64,000 nt of DNA from an uncultured Chloroflexia bacterium (GCA_963827295.1 CAWHAI010000015.1:9407-73406), one strand, 5' to 3'. Shown: positions 39,556 through 51,668, numbered from the stretch's first letter. The notes: generated by a model from the letters alone, not told the origin. Made by a program: numbers and translations.

Positions 39556-39875
39556 AGTCTCTCCCTAAGTACGTATGGAGCACAGCGCGGAAAGCAGGAA
39601 AATGGAAGAGAATCATTCAAAATATTGTCAAAACCTTTTAAATTCTAAATTTTAGTTTCAGTGCTTGTCAACCTACCTTATCTTAACTTTTCCTCCATTT
39701 TCATCACAACATTGCACCTGATCTATGTGGAGAAGCCGCAGCTTCAGCCCTATAGGCAAATCGACAGGTGATGCAGGTATTATCTACTGCTCCTACCCAG
39801 TACTTTCGCCGAAAATTGGGAGGATAAGGTAGGGGCATATGGCTATACGCCCTTGCCCCCAAGACTCAGGGAATT

Positions 39876-39907
39876 AAAAAGGTGGCCCGAACTCAGGCCA
39901 CCTTTTT
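39876..39907. terminator. bidirectional Rho-independent terminator
   Basis: AAAAA-GGTGGCC-cgaactca-GGCCACC-TTTTT. It lies downstream of the minus-strand gene ending at 39995. Confidence 0.75.
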
Positions 39908-39994
39908 ATATCGAGAATGCGCATCCTGACCATAATGAAGCACTATTGCCAGATAGAAAATCATTGGGCACGGAGATGATCACCGGCGAGCAGC

Positions 39995-41032
39995 CTACCA
40001 GGTGGCAACGTGGTCCTCGGCCATGCCGAAGGCGTTCTGCACGTGCATGTCTCCTGCCTCCGGAATCCACCAGCGTGCCAGAGTACAGGCCGTACGGCTG
40101 GTTGTAGGCTGTCCGGGCGAGGCCAAGGTTCACCCGCTCCCGGCGCAATCCCTGCGGGGTGAGTTCCAGGTCAGCGGCTCCGTCCGTGGTGCGAATCCTC
40201 CACGGCTGCATGGGTCCTTGGGGACATCGAAGCGGGCGGCGCCTACCAGCGAGATGGAGTTCCCGTGCCAGATGCAGTTCTCATTGAATCTCTCGTCGTC
40301 CTCGATGACGTTGTGGGTCAGGTTGACTCCAAGTAGATTCCCCGTCGAGTCGATGGTGGCGAAGGTGGCCCACCGCCAGAAGGTGTTACGGGGGTAGTAG
40401 GCCTTGTGGTAGTCCAGCAACCCCACATCACGGTCCGGGGCGAACTCCACCTTCTCGCCGCCTATTTCGAGCACTCCGCTGGCTGGGCAGGCTGACTTGT
40501 GGGTGAACATGGGTCCGTCGGGCCCCAAAGGTAGCAACGCCACCAGCGGGTGTGTCCGAGCAGGGTCCTCGTTAAACAGCAGGTTGCCCGAAACTGCGGG
40601 CAGGGACCGCTGCCCATGCACTTCAATCTGGAGCCGGTGGACTTGGCGGTCGAGGTGGTTATGCACAAACACCCGGTATCCCCGGGTATTGAACTCTCCG
40701 GAATGGTCCCAAACGTTCGCAGGTGCGCGGAACATCCACGGTGGCAGCTTCCGCGTGTGCTCGAAAGCCTTATGGTTCCTCCGGTCGAACAGGTGCAGCC
40801 AGGAGGTCACCAGGAACCCCACATCAACGACCGCCACGCTGAGATACCAGTCGGGATGTACCACCGCCCAGTGTTCCCACTCCTTGAGCCGGAAACGCCG
40901 CAGTCCGCCCACTCTGGGGATACCGCACGGTGCGTCCACGAGGTTCAGCTCTTTGAACGGCCGCGAGAAGCGGCCGAACTGCACCTGCCCGTCCACCACT
41001 GCCCTGTCAGGGGTTTCCATTGGTCTGCCCAT
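39995..41032 (-). pseudogene. DUF2804-like hypothetical protein, two frameshifts
   Basis: 300-aa ORF (…RRFRLKEWEHWAVV…). It continues in other frames (PWRIRTTDGAADLELTPQG..., then ...HVQNAFGMAEDHVATW*). The family name is from memory. Confidence 0.4.
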
Positions 41033-41162
41033 GATATGCTATTTAACATCAAATAATGAATTATTTCAAGACTTAATGCTTTGTAAGCAAGGTACATGGA
41101 TAAAGACTACCCCGGGGTATATAATTAACTTGATGGAACATTTCTAATGAGGTGACTGAGAT

Positions 41163-41996
41163 ATGAAACATACGGAAGGCACATTCAAAGGAAGCAAAGG
41201 TCACAATCTCTACTATCAATGCTGGCTGCCGGATACTGAACCCAAGGCAGTACTGCTAGTCGTCCCTGGCCTCGCTGAGCATAGCGGACGCTATACAAAC
41301 CTTGTGAACTATTTCGTGCCCAGAGCCTACGCAATTTACAGCCTTGATACTCAAGGCCATGGTAAGTCAGAGGGAGTGCGGTGTTATGTCAACAAGTTCT
41401 CGGACTATGCAGACGACCTTAAGATTTTTTTCGATATAGTTCATTCGAAGCAGAGCGATCGAAAGATCTTCCTCACCGGCCACAGTATGGGGTCAACCAT
41501 CGTCCTGGCCTATGCCGTCCAGCATCAGCGTGACCTGGCCGGGCTCATAATCTCCGGAACAGCTTTGAAGCCAGGCTCCAGTATCCCAACTGCATTAGAA
41601 AAGTGGTTCGGCTGATCTCCCTGTTATTCCCCAAAATGGGTGTAACTGTCACTCGATGCTACTGCCATAAGCCAGGATAAGGCTGTTGTTGATGCTTATA
41701 TACATGACCCCCTTGTATATAGAGGCAAGGTCAGAGCACGTTTGGCTGCAGAACTGCTCAATACTATGGATAGACTGCCATCGCAGATACCAGAGATCAA
41801 GGTGCCTATTATCATCATGCATGGGACCGAGGACCGGCTCTGTAATCCCGAGGGGAGCCAAATGCTTTATGACCTTGTGGGATCAAGTGACAAAACGCTG
41901 AAGCTATATAAGGGCTTCTACCATGAGGTTTTTAATGAACCGGAGCACGAGAAGGTCATGGCCGATGTAGAAACCTGGCTATCCACTCACATCTAG
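41163..41996 (+). pseudogene. alpha/beta hydrolase (monoacylglycerol-lipase-like), two frameshifts
   Basis: GLAEHSGRY and the nucleophile elbow GHSMGS. After breaks at ~41600 and ~41655 it reads DPLVYRGKVRARL..., IIIMHGTEDRL and YHEVFNEPE. Confidence 0.7.
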
Positions 41997-42020
41997 CAGT
42001 AAAAAGAACCTAGAACTAAG

Positions 42021-43511
42021 ATGAAGCAGTACATTCTATCCATAGACCAGGGTACCAGCGGCACCACAGCGCTTGTAGTTGATCGGCAAGGCAATGTGTG
42101 TGGACGCGGCTATGCCAGAATTGACCAGCATTATCCACAACCAGGCTGGGTCGAGCAAGACCCCGCGGACATATGGAGAAAAACCCAACAAGCTATAGAA
42201 GAGGCAAAGGGCCGAGCCAACGTAGATGAAAAGCAGATTGCAGCCATCGGGATCGCAAACCAGCGGGAGACTACTATCCTGATAAATAAGGAGACAGAAG
42301 AGGCGATAGGGCCGGCTATCGTGTGGCAATGCCGCCGCACAGCAACCAGATGCGAAGAGTGCAGGAGTCAGGGGCTAGCGGAGACTATTCGCGCTAAGAC
42401 AGGCCTGGTGATGGACGCATATTTTTCCGGGACAAAGCTAGAGTGGATGTTGGACAATATAAAGGGCATACGTCCCCTGGCTGAACGGGGCAAGGTCCTG
42501 TTTGCCAACGTTGATGCCTGGCTTGTCTGGAAGCTCACCGGCGGTGCAGTCCATGCTACCGACGTTTCAAACGCTTCGCGTACAATGCTCTATAACCTGC
42601 ATTCCTTAGACTGGGATAGCGAATTGCTCGAAATATTCAGAATCCCCAGAGCTATGCTACCCGAGGTTCGACCTTCCAGTTATATTTTCGGCCATACCCC
42701 AAGCGGCATCCCAGTCGCTGGCGTAGCTGGTGACCAGCAGGCGGCGCTTTTCGGCCAGGCTTGCTTTGAACCTGGCATGGTCAAGATCACATACGGCACC
42801 GGCGCGTTTGTTTTGATGAACATCGGCAAGAATCCGACGCATTCCAGGCACGGCCTAATAACCACCGTAGCTTGGGGTACAGCAGATGGTGTGGAGTATG
42901 CACTGGAAGGTAGCGTCTTTATTGCCGGGGCCGTGGTCCAGTGGCTGCGCGATGAACTGGGATTACTTAAAGATGCAGCAGAATCGGAGCAACTGGCAAC
43001 TGAAGTCAAAGACACCGGCGGGGTCTACTTCGTGCCTGCCTTTGTTGGGCTGGGGGCACCTCATTGGGATATGTATGCCAGGGGTACGATCCTGGGTTTG
43101 ACCCGCGGCACAAGCAAATCCCATCTGGTCAGAGCTGCGCTTGAGTCTATAGCCTATCAGGTATGTGATGTAGTAAAAGCCATGATAGCCGATTCAAGAT
43201 TACGACTAAAGGAAATCCGGGTAGACGGAGGCGCCTCTGCTAACAATTTCCTGGCCCAGTTCCAGGCCGATATGCTCGGCGTGAAACTATCCCGCCCTCG
43301 ATGGGTGGAGACTACAGCTCTGGGAGCAGCGTATCTCGCCGGGCTGACGGTCGGGTTCTGGAAAGACCGCGCCGAGGTTGCATCGCTTCGGCAGGGAGAT
43401 CGGTTCTTCCTGCCCGGCGCTGAGCGGGAGAATTACCGCGCTCTTTACCGGGGCTGGCAGAGAGCACTGAAAAGGTCTAAACGTTGGCTGAAGCAAGAAG
43501 AAGCAAAGTGA
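42021..43511 (+). CDS. glpK: glycerol kinase
   Basis: 496 aa. ILSIDQGTSGT, GIANQRETT, DAYFSGTKLEWML, GDQQAALFGQ. Confidence 0.9.
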   Translation: MKQYILSIDQGTSGTTALVVDRQGNVCGRGYARIDQHYPQPGWVEQDPADIWRKTQQAIEEAKGRANVDEKQIAAIGIANQRETTILINKETEEAIGPAIVWQCRRTATRCEECRSQGLAETIRAKTGLVMDAYFSGTKLEWMLDNIKGIRPLAERGKVLFANVDAWLVWKLTGGAVHATDVSNASRTMLYNLHSLDWDSELLEIFRIPRAMLPEVRPSSYIFGHTPSGIPVAGVAGDQQAALFGQACFEPGMVKITYGTGAFVLMNIGKNPTHSRHGLITTVAWGTADGVEYALEGSVFIAGAVVQWLRDELGLLKDAAESEQLATEVKDTGGVYFVPAFVGLGAPHWDMYARGTILGLTRGTSKSHLVRAALESIAYQVCDVVKAMIADSRLRLKEIRVDGGASANNFLAQFQADMLGVKLSRPRWVETTALGAAYLAGLTVGFWKDRAEVASLRQGDRFFLPGAERENYRALYRGWQRALKRSKRWLKQEEAK

Positions 43512-45137
43512 TTAAAAGAGACTTTGACGCTGCGGCAAGAGAGACTTACGATCTCATCATCGTGGGCGGCGGCATCATCGGCGCTGGTATAGCGCGGGAT
43601 GCTGCTCTTCGAGGTCTAAAGACTCTAATTCTCGAAAAGGTAGATTTCGCCTACGGTACGACCTCTCGCTCCTCTCGCTTGATTCACGGGGGCCTGCGTT
43701 ACCTGAAGCGGCTTGATTTAGGGCTGGTGCGCCAGGACCTGCGCGAACGAGAGATTCTTCTCGGCATTGCTCCTCATCTAGTACATCCCCTATCATTCGT
43801 AATTCCCTTAACCAGAGGCAGGCCCCTGCAGAATCTGGCACTGCCGTTTGGCCTGCTGCTCTACGATCTTCTCTTTTGGCGTAAGAGCTCTACCCTCACA
43901 TCAACGACTTAATCGACGAGAGACACTGGATTTCGAACCAGGATTGGAATCAAAGGGCTTACTGGGCTCGTACCTTTACCACGACTGCCAAGTGCCTTTT
44001 GTGGAGCGTCTTTGCCTGGAAAATGTATTATCCGCTGCAGAGCACGGAGCAACTGCCTTAAATCATGCCAAGGTAACAGGAATCTTGAGAGACGGCGGCA
44101 GCGTCTCCGGTATCGTGGTCCAAGATCAGATATCAGGGGAGACATATCAGATACGGGGCCGCATCACAGTTAACGCCACCGGGCACTGGGTAGACTCGGT
44201 ACGCGATATGCTGGGCAAGGATACCAGATCCATGGTACGCAGGACCAAAGGGATACACCTCCTTACACGTAAATTCTCCCGTAATGCTGTTGTGTTATTT
44301 GCGTTCAGCGATGGTCGCCTTTTCTTCGTAATTCCCTGGCAGGATTACTCTCTAATCGGAACAACTGACACCGACTATACTGGCGACCTGGATGCTGTAG
44401 AGGCCGAATCCAGGGATGTATCTTACCTGCTGAAAGAGGTACATCACATTTTCCCCGATGTGCAGTCCGACGACATTTTTTATACATCTGCTGGTTTGCG
44501 GGCCTTAGCCCGCTCAAGCAGCAGAAGGCCAGGAGATGTTTCCCGAAGCCATAAGCTCGTTGACCACGAACGAGAAGATGGCATTGGCGGCTTCATCTCT
44601 GTGTTAGGCGGGAAGATTACCGCCTACCGAGCCGTGGCAGAGCAGACTGTGGATCTAGTATGTCAGAAGCTCGCCTCGAAAGCACCATGCCTAACTGCAG
44701 AAGCTCCGCTGCCTGGAGCACCCAATGTGACGCAGCAATCGCTTCAGCAGGCTGCAAATAAACGAGGGCTCAGTTTGGATACAGTGTCGCACCTGGCCTC
44801 CCTCTACGGCTCGCGCTTTTCTCAAATCCTCGACCTGCTCGACATTAATGCAAAGGGGGCACAGCGACTCTGTCCACACTGCCAGGACATTTTGGCCCAG
44901 GTGCAACACGCCGTAGAACAAGAAGGCGCACTTACCCTGGAGGATTTTCTACTTCGCCGCAGCGCCGTAGGCCTTGGCCCTTGCCAGGGACTAGACGCAT
45001 TGAACTCAGTCGCCAGCGAGATGGGGCGTCTCCTTGGGTGGAGCCACGCCGAGCAGCAGCGCCAGATAGATGCATACCGCTCACAGGCTGCCCTGGGACA
45101 GCGATTTAGAACCGCGCTCCCCAAAGACCTGCTTTAG
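43508..45137 (+). pseudogene. FAD-dependent glycerol-3-phosphate dehydrogenase (GlpA/GlpD family), one frameshift
   Basis: GTGA overlap with the glpK stop. YDLIIVGGGIIGAGIARDAALRG and SSRLIHGGLRYL. Break at ~43890. Confidence 0.75.
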
Positions 45138-45214
45138 TAGCAGATACAACGGAATGACTCCGCGACTTAAAATCACTCAATTCCACGAGATATTGTTCTG
45201 GATCAAGGCTGATT

Positions 45215-48200
45215 TCACTTACTCGCCCGATACTCAGGCAGCGGCTCAACGCTGACTAACTGGCTTCCGGCGATTAGCGCATCAACAGCTGCTCGTGCGG
45301 TATCGATGGATGTGAAACAGGGAATGCGCCGCTCAGTGGCAGCGCGGCGTATCTCGAAGCCATCCCGCATAGGGATGCGCCCTCCAGTCGGGGTATTGAA
45401 AACCACATTGACTGTCCCATCGCGGATGACATCTAACACATTGGGGTGGCCCTCGCTGATCTTCTTGCTGATCATGGTCACCTTAAGCCCCGCCGCCTGG
45501 AGTATGGCCGAGGTCCCCTCTGTAGCATAGAGCTGATATCCAATCTGAGCAAGCTTCTTTACCATGGGCAGAGCTGCTGGTTTGTCTCTATCCGCTATGC
45601 TGAGCAGTATCGCACCCTTGGCATGAAGCGCCATCCCTGCAGCCAGTAGAGCCTTAGCCAGAGCTGCATTGAAATTATAGTCTATTCCCATCACCTCGCC
45701 GGTCGACTTCATCTCAGGGCCGAGGTAGGTATCCACGCCTGTCAGCTTGGACATGGAGAATACCGGCGCCTTGATCCCCACCAGCTTCTGCCTCTTCCAT
45801 AGCCCGGTGGAATAGCCCTGCTCTTTGAGGCTTATGCCCAGCATCACCTTGGTAGCAACTCTAACCATAGGCACGCCGGTGACCTTGGAGATAAAAGGAA
45901 CCGTGCGGCTGGAGCGCGGATTTACCTCCAGCACATATACGGAGGAGCCTGAGCCGTCACCATCGCGCATAATCACGTACTGGACATTCATAAGTCCCTT
46001 TACACCGAGTGCCAGGCCGATGCGGACAGCGTAGTCTACCATGGTGTCCACTTCCTTCTCGCTGAGATACATCCCGGGATAGACAGCCATGGAATCGCCA
46101 CTGTGCACCCCGGCGCGCTCTATATGCTCCATGATACCCGGGATAAGCACAGTCTCGCCGTCACATATAGCATCCACCTCCGCTTCCTTGCCCTCGAAAG
46201 TATTTATCTATGAGCACGGGCTTCTTGGGGTCAAGCTCGGTAGCACGTTCCATAAACACAGACAAGCTCGCTGGGCTTATAGACGATCTCCATCGCCCTG
46301 CCCCCCAGCACATAGCTGGGACGAATCAGCACAGGATAGCCGATATACTGAGCAGTGCCGAGGGCATCTTCCACCGTGAACACTCCGGCCCCGGTGGCTG
46401 CGGGATGCCCAGCCTGCTCAGGAAATCCTCAAAGCGTTTGCGGTTCTCGGCAAGGTCGATGGTCTCGGCGCTGGAGCCGATTATGGGCAGTCCAGCCCGA
46501 GCGATAGGCTGCGCCAGGTTTATCGCTGTTTGACCACCGAACTGCACGATCGAAGGCGGTGGACCTTCCCCATCATCACTATTCGCCTCGTTCTCCAGAA
46601 TGTCCCTGACGCTTTCCTCATCGAGCGGCTCGAAATAGAGACGGGTGCTGGTATCGAAATCGGTGGATACCGTCTCCGGATTGGAATTAACCATTATGCT
46701 CTTGACGCCCAGCCTCCTGAAGCGCCCAGGCCGAGTGCACGCTGCAATAGTCAAACTCGATGCCCTGTCCGATGCGTATAGGGCCCGACGCCGATGACTA
46801 CCGCTTTGCGCCCAGCCAGAGGCTCCGCCTCGTTCTCAGCCTCGTAGGTGCTGTAGAAATAAGGCGTCTCGGCAGCGAACTCGGCGGCACAGGTATCCAC
46901 CATCTTGTACACCGGACGTATCTTCCAACTTCGGCGCAGCTCCCTCACCTGCTCGGGGAGCCTGTCGGCCAGCGTGCCTATCTGCTCATCGGAGAAGCCC
47001 AGCCTCTTGGCCTCGCCGCAGCAACTCTGGCGTCAGCTTCTCGGAGAGGAGGCGTTTCTCCATATCGACGATATTCTGGAATTTCTCCATAAACCAGGGG
47101 TCGATGCCGGTGCGGCGGCACAGGTCTTCAACAGCTGCCCCACGCCTCAGCGACGCCATTATCGCCCACAGCCTGAGGTCATTCGGCTACAAGCGGATAG
47201 GAGTCCTGTCCTTCCAGCGGGGTCTTCCCAGAGCAGCGACTTGCCACCTATCTCCAGCGACCTCACCGCTTTTTGCAGCGCTGCCTCGAAGCAGCGGTCT
47301 ATGGCCATGGCCTCACCTGTGGACTTCATCTGGGTTCCGATAATGCGATCACCAGAGGCGAATTTATCGAAAGGCCAGCGAGGCATTTTGACCACGCAGT
47401 AATCTATGGCAGGCTCGAAGGCAGCGGTGGTCTTCCCCGTAACTTTATTGGCTATCTCGTCCAGCCGCTTGCCCACAGCTATCTTGGCCGATACACGGGC
47501 TATAGGGTAGCCTGTGGCCTTGCTCGCCAGCGCAGAGCTGCGGCTCACACGGGGATTGACCTCAATGACATAGTATGGGTTCTCTTTGCCCTCTCTCGGC
47601 TCTATCAACGGGTGGGGCTTTAGCGCAAACTGGATGTTGCACCCTCCCTCGATGCCCAAAGCCCTGATGATCTTAATGCTGGCGGAGCGCAGCATCTGGT
47701 ATTCCTTGTCGGTGAGGGTCTGGCTGGGAGCGACCACTATGCTCTCGCCGGTATGGACGCCCATAGGGTCTATATTCTCCATGCAGCAGATGGTGATGCA
47801 GTTATCGGCGGCGTCTCGCATCACCTCGAACTCGATTTCTTTCCATCCTGTGAGGCATTTCTCCACAAGCACCTGGTGGATGCGGCTGGCGGCAAGCCCC
47901 GAAGAGGCAATCTGCTCCAGCTCCTGCCATGTCCTGGCGATGCCGCCGCCCGTTCCGCCCAGCGTATAGCCCGGCCGGATCACCAGAGGGAGGCCAATTC
48001 TCTTCGCCACTTGACGTGCCTCTTCGAGAGTGTTCACCGTGGCGCTCTCGGGCACAGGCTCGCCGATTTCGATGAGCAGCCTTTTGAATAGCTCGCGGTC
48101 CTCGGCTTTGCGGATGGTATCAATGGAGGTGCCCAGAGAACGCACATTGTATTTATCGAGGATGCCAGCCTCGGCTATCTCCACAGCGAGGTTGAGTCCG

Positions 48201-48472
48201 GTTTGTCCGCCGATGGTGGGCAGCAGGCCATCAGGCCGCTCGCGGGCAATTATGCGCTCTATAATCTCGACCGTGAGCGGCTCGATATAGATAATATCAG
48301 CGATGCCCTCGTCGGTCATGATGGTGGCGGGGTTGGAGTTCACCAGCACCGAGGTAACGCCCTCCTCGCGCAGGGCACGGCACGCCTGAGTGCCGGAGTA
48401 GTCGAACTCCGCCGCCTGCCCGATGATGATGGGGCCTGAGCCTATGACAAGGACTTTAGATGGTTTGGACAT
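45215..48472 (-). pseudogene. carB: carbamoyl-phosphate synthase large subunit, fragmented into at least 4 ORFs by ~8 indels
   Basis: N-terminus [22 protein letters not shown]..., middle [14 protein letters not shown] and [13 protein letters not shown]-terminus DAICDGE...MEHIERAGVHSGDS...MGS-like domain. Breaks at ~47205, ~47180, ~47030, ~46790, ~46720 and several in 46180-46380. Confidence 0.85.
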
Positions 48473-49221
48473 CCTATTACAACTTTCCTTATAACACTTT
48501 TTAACTCAATCACTTCGATTGGACACTCAGGCCAGTCATGCTCCCAGCAGACTATCAAATCGCATTCTGCCGGATCGTGACCATGCTCACGAAAATTGCT
48601 GCTTTTAAATTCGAACTCGATAGCAACCTCGATATAGTGTCCGCCCTTATGAAGTCTTTTTGCTTTGCAGTCTGGATAGCCTGTTCCAACAGCTTCAACG
48701 AGAAAGCCGAGTTCGCGGGCAATCATCCCGAAAAGAAATACAACACCTTGCTCGTTAACAGGCTCGTGACGGAGTTCCCGAAAGTCAAGAGGTGCACCAA
48801 AGGGCCGCCCTGTCTTGCTAGAATATATACCCACTGGTCTAGGCACTACACTCTGAGGGAGGCGAGTAGACAAGGAACTTGCCCTTGGTCGCCGGCCAGT
48901 TTGTATTCTCGTGCTCGCTTGTAGGCCGAGATAGTTTGCTACTACTTTACCCCAACTACCAAACCTTCTCTCATACACTGTGGGGCTGTGCCTGCTTTCA
49001 GCGAAAAATTCACTTCGTGTAGGAATCTTGCCCAGTATATCGACAACCCTACGGAACTCGCTTTCCAACTCGACATCCGATAACTTCTTGTTAGATGTAT
49101 CAGGTTCTAGTCCAGCAGCATCAATTGCCCTATTCCAAGTGCCGAAAGCTCTTTCCACACGTTGAGAGGTAATTTTGCTATGTCTCCGGAAATCCGAGCG
49201 TGAAATTCGAGTTTTGCCCAA
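48442..49221 (-). CDS. homing-endonuclease-associated-repeat protein with C-terminal PD-(D/E)xK-like nuclease domain
   Basis: Two ...F/Y..R.FG[ST]W...A.. repeats ([16 protein letters not shown]; [16 protein letters not shown]). The C-terminus reads GYPDC...IEFEFK...[10 protein letters not shown]. It is visibly lower in GC than its neighbours and overlaps the carB start by 31 nt. The coding sequence probably extends to a GTG at 49277. Confidence 0.55.
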   Translation of the reverse strand: MGKTRISRSDFRRHSKITSQRVERAFGTWNRAIDAAGLEPDTSNKKLSDVELESEFRRVVDILGKIPTRSEFFAESRHSPTVYERRFGSWGKVVANYLGLQASTRIQTGRRPRASSLSTRLPQSVVPRPVGIYSSKTGRPFGAPLDFRELRHEPVNEQGVVFLFGMIARELGFLVEAVGTGYPDCKAKRLHKGGHYIEVAIEFEFKSSNFREHGHDPAECDLIVCWEHDWPECPIEVIELKSVIRKVVIGCPNHLKSLS

Positions 49222-49273
49222 ATGCTGGGCTACTCTCTTTAGCTCTCCTATGATTTCCCCTTTGGTAACGATG

Positions 49274-50381
49274 TCACATCATTTCTATCACTCCCCCCAC
49301 CATCTCCAAAAACTGCTGAAACAGGTATACGTTGTCGCGCGGGCCTGGGGAGGCTTCGGAGTGGTACTGGATGGAGAATATGGGAAGCTCGCAGTGCCTC
49401 AGCCCCTCCACCGTCTCATCATTCAGGTTTATCTGGCTTACCTCCAGGCCGTCTCTCAAGCCGTCCGCATCCACAGCGTAGCCGTGGTTCTGAGCTGTTA
49501 TGTAAACCCGCCCCGTCTTCAGATCGCGCACAGGGTGATTGGCGCCACGGTGCCCGAACTTGAGCTTGAAGGTCTCCGCACCAAAGGCGCGCCCGATGAG
49601 CTGGTGGCCCAGGCATATCCCCATTATGGGCTTGTGCCCCACCAGCTTCTTCACTGTCTTTACCATATAGTCAAGAAGCGCAGGGTCGCCCGGCCCGGGC
49701 GAGAGCAGTATGCCATCGGGCTTGAGCGCCAGCACATCCTCCGCTGAAGTAGTGCAGGGGACAGCAGTGACCTTGCAGCCCATGCCCCGCAGAATGCGCA
49801 GGATGTTGTATTTCAGGCCGCCGTCAACGACAACAATATGATACTTGCTCTCCAGGTCGCTCTGAGACGAGGGATTCCAAAGGTAGGGGGATTCGGTGCT
49901 CACGCCTTTGACGAAATCTATGTCGTCGTAGCGTGGCATGCTTCTTCAGCCACTTCAGAGCCTCCTCAGCGGTCTTGTCTGAGGTGATAGTGCCCATCAT
50001 CACGCCCACGGAACGCAGCCGCCTTGTAATAGCGCGGGTGTCGACTCCGCCGATGCCAGGGATGCCCGCTTTCTCCAGATACTCGCTCAAGGTGCCGGTG
50101 CTTTGCCAGTGGCTGGGCTTATCGCAGTCCTCGCGCACCACGAACCCGCTCACCTGTATGCGCTTCGATTCGATATCCTCAGGGTTTATCCCATAGTTGC
50201 CGACGAGGGGATAGGTAAGAACCACAATCTGCCCGGCATAGGATGGGTCGGTCAATACCTCCTGGTAGCCTGTCATGCTGGTGTTGAACACTACCTCCCC
50301 GTAGCCCTGAACCTCGGCGCCGAAGGTATGCCCTTCATAGACCGAGCCATCTTCCAGCACCAGTATCGCCTTTTTAGCCAA
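49274..50381 (-). pseudogene. carA: carbamoyl-phosphate synthase small (glutaminase) subunit, one frameshift
   Basis: TTG start after AAGGAG. AILVLEDGSVYEG, MTGYQEVLTDPSY and, after a break at ~49940, GICLGHQL and QYHSEASPGP. Confidence 0.85.
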
Positions 50382-50433
50382 GCCCCGCTCCTTACGGTCG
50401 ATTAGTATCCATTGAAATGCCTTTTTCAGGCAT

Positions 50434-50545
50434 AAAAAAACCTCCACCTTGAATCAGGTAGAGGACTGGCTCTTTACTGTGTTTGCCTAGGTTGAGGCCT
50501 GCCATCTCGCCTCCCTTTTCAGCCTCGCTGGACTGAATTAAAGGT
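50434..50545 (-). promoter_or_regulatory. PyrR-type transcription attenuator in the carA leader
   Basis: Minus strand UUCAG-UCCAGCGAGG-CUGAA hairpin (50513-50542), matching the PyrR box UCCAGAGAGG. It is followed by a CCTCTACC-N8-GGTGGAGG stem plus T7 terminator (50434-50464). Confidence 0.6.
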
Positions 50546-50615
50546 CAACCTATTTTTTAATATGATAACACTTTATTATGCGATTAACAAGAACTCTTTT
50601 GAAAGACTGTACAGT

Positions 50616-51668
50616 CTATAACTGCCAGAAGCTGCGTAGCTCCTGAAACTCAATCATGCCGCTTTCGGAGATATTATCAACCTCGATTCCAGATTCTACA
50701 GCGGCAGCAACAGGGTTCAGCCCGCCAAGCAGAACCATGCCCACCCGATTCGGGCCTACGGCGATCTGGCATACAGGCTCGCTGATGTTGCCCAGTGCAT
50801 AGACGCCACCGATGCCAGCATCCTTAAGAGCCGCAACACACTTCTCTACAATCGACCTCGATTGTGCTGGTATCTCGCGGAAGTTGGCCAGTATCCTGCC
50901 ATTGCCGGTTTTTGCAGTCTCTCTTACGCTTGTCATCTTGGCACGGATGTACTGCTCCGAGGGGTCAAGGGATGTGCCCCCGTAGTTGATTATGGCCGTG
51001 AAACGCCTTGGCTTTGCATCCCTGACTTCGAGCACACCACCGAATCTTGATTCTATAGGGACACCTGCCTTGAGTGTCACACCGTTTATAGTCACGCTGC
51101 ATACAGTGGCGAAGCCAACTTTACCGCCGGGTATCACCACGTCTCCTAGCTTCTCGCCCTCGGAGGCTACTGCTACAAGCGAGCTGACGCACAGTCCTGA
51201 CTCGAATGCCTTGCCCATGGGTTCCAGGGCTTTTTTGAACTGTTCTTTATCGAAGAGCGAAGTATTTATTGCAACCAGACCGGTCCGCTTGACAGGGTCG
51301 AATGTGGTACGAAATGCCAATAACTCAAGCTTTTCCTGAACGAAGCCTATTTGATTCGGCGCCAGTGCCAACCGCAATTCCTCGTTGCCTCGGGGGGTGA
51401 TCATCCTGCCGTCTCGTCCCATTGGCTGGGTGTAGCCCCGTTCGTCTGTTATCTTCAGGTGGTATCTGACAGCCCTCTCACTCAGGAAGATTCCATAGCG
51501 TTCCAATTCGCGAGCAATTGTGATAGAACCGAGCGGTTCGGATGATTCGTTCAAGACCCTGAGAATAGCTATAATCTTCTTTTCGGTATCAGAGCTGGCG
51601 CTTTGAACCATATCATCCCCTATTAAAGTACCGTAGTCAACGATTCTCATTATATCACCCTTCCACAA
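50616..51668 (-). CDS. nrpR: NrpR-family nitrogen repressor (winged-helix plus NrpR/DUF128 regulatory domains)
   Basis: 350 aa. KKIIAILRVLNESSEPLGSITIARELERYGIFLSERAVRYHLK...; the start may be Met20 (51611). Confidence 0.75.
   Translation of the reverse strand: MWKGDIMRIVDYGTLIGDDMVQSASSDTEKKIIAILRVLNESSEPLGSITIARELERYGIFLSERAVRYHLKITDERGYTQPMGRDGRMITPRGNEELRLALAPNQIGFVQEKLELLAFRTTFDPVKRTGLVAINTSLFDKEQFKKALEPMGKAFESGLCVSSLVAVASEGEKLGDVVIPGGKVGFATVCSVTINGVTLKAGVPIESRFGGVLEVRDAKPRRFTAIINYGGTSLDPSEQYIRAKMTSVRETAKTGNGRILANFREIPAQSRSIVEKCVAALKDAGIGGVYALGNISEPVCQIAVGPNRVGMVLLGGLNPVAAAVESGIEVDNISESGMIEFQELRSFWQL

Noticed and set aside
40497-41147. 216-aa and 168-aa plus-strand ORFs
   Set aside because: They are antisense to the DUF2804-like gene. 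Their Arg/Ser/Pro-rich composition is typical of reverse-frame artefacts.
45306-48439. Many 60-165-aa plus-strand ORFs inside carB
   Set aside because: These are antisense or shifted-frame shadows in a GC-rich gene whose minus-strand translation matches CarB throughout.
45215-48472. Calling carB, and likewise glnA and nadE, a genuine dead gene
   Set aside because: The breaks are indel-only and the residues around them are perfectly conserved. The status is left open pending read-level verification.
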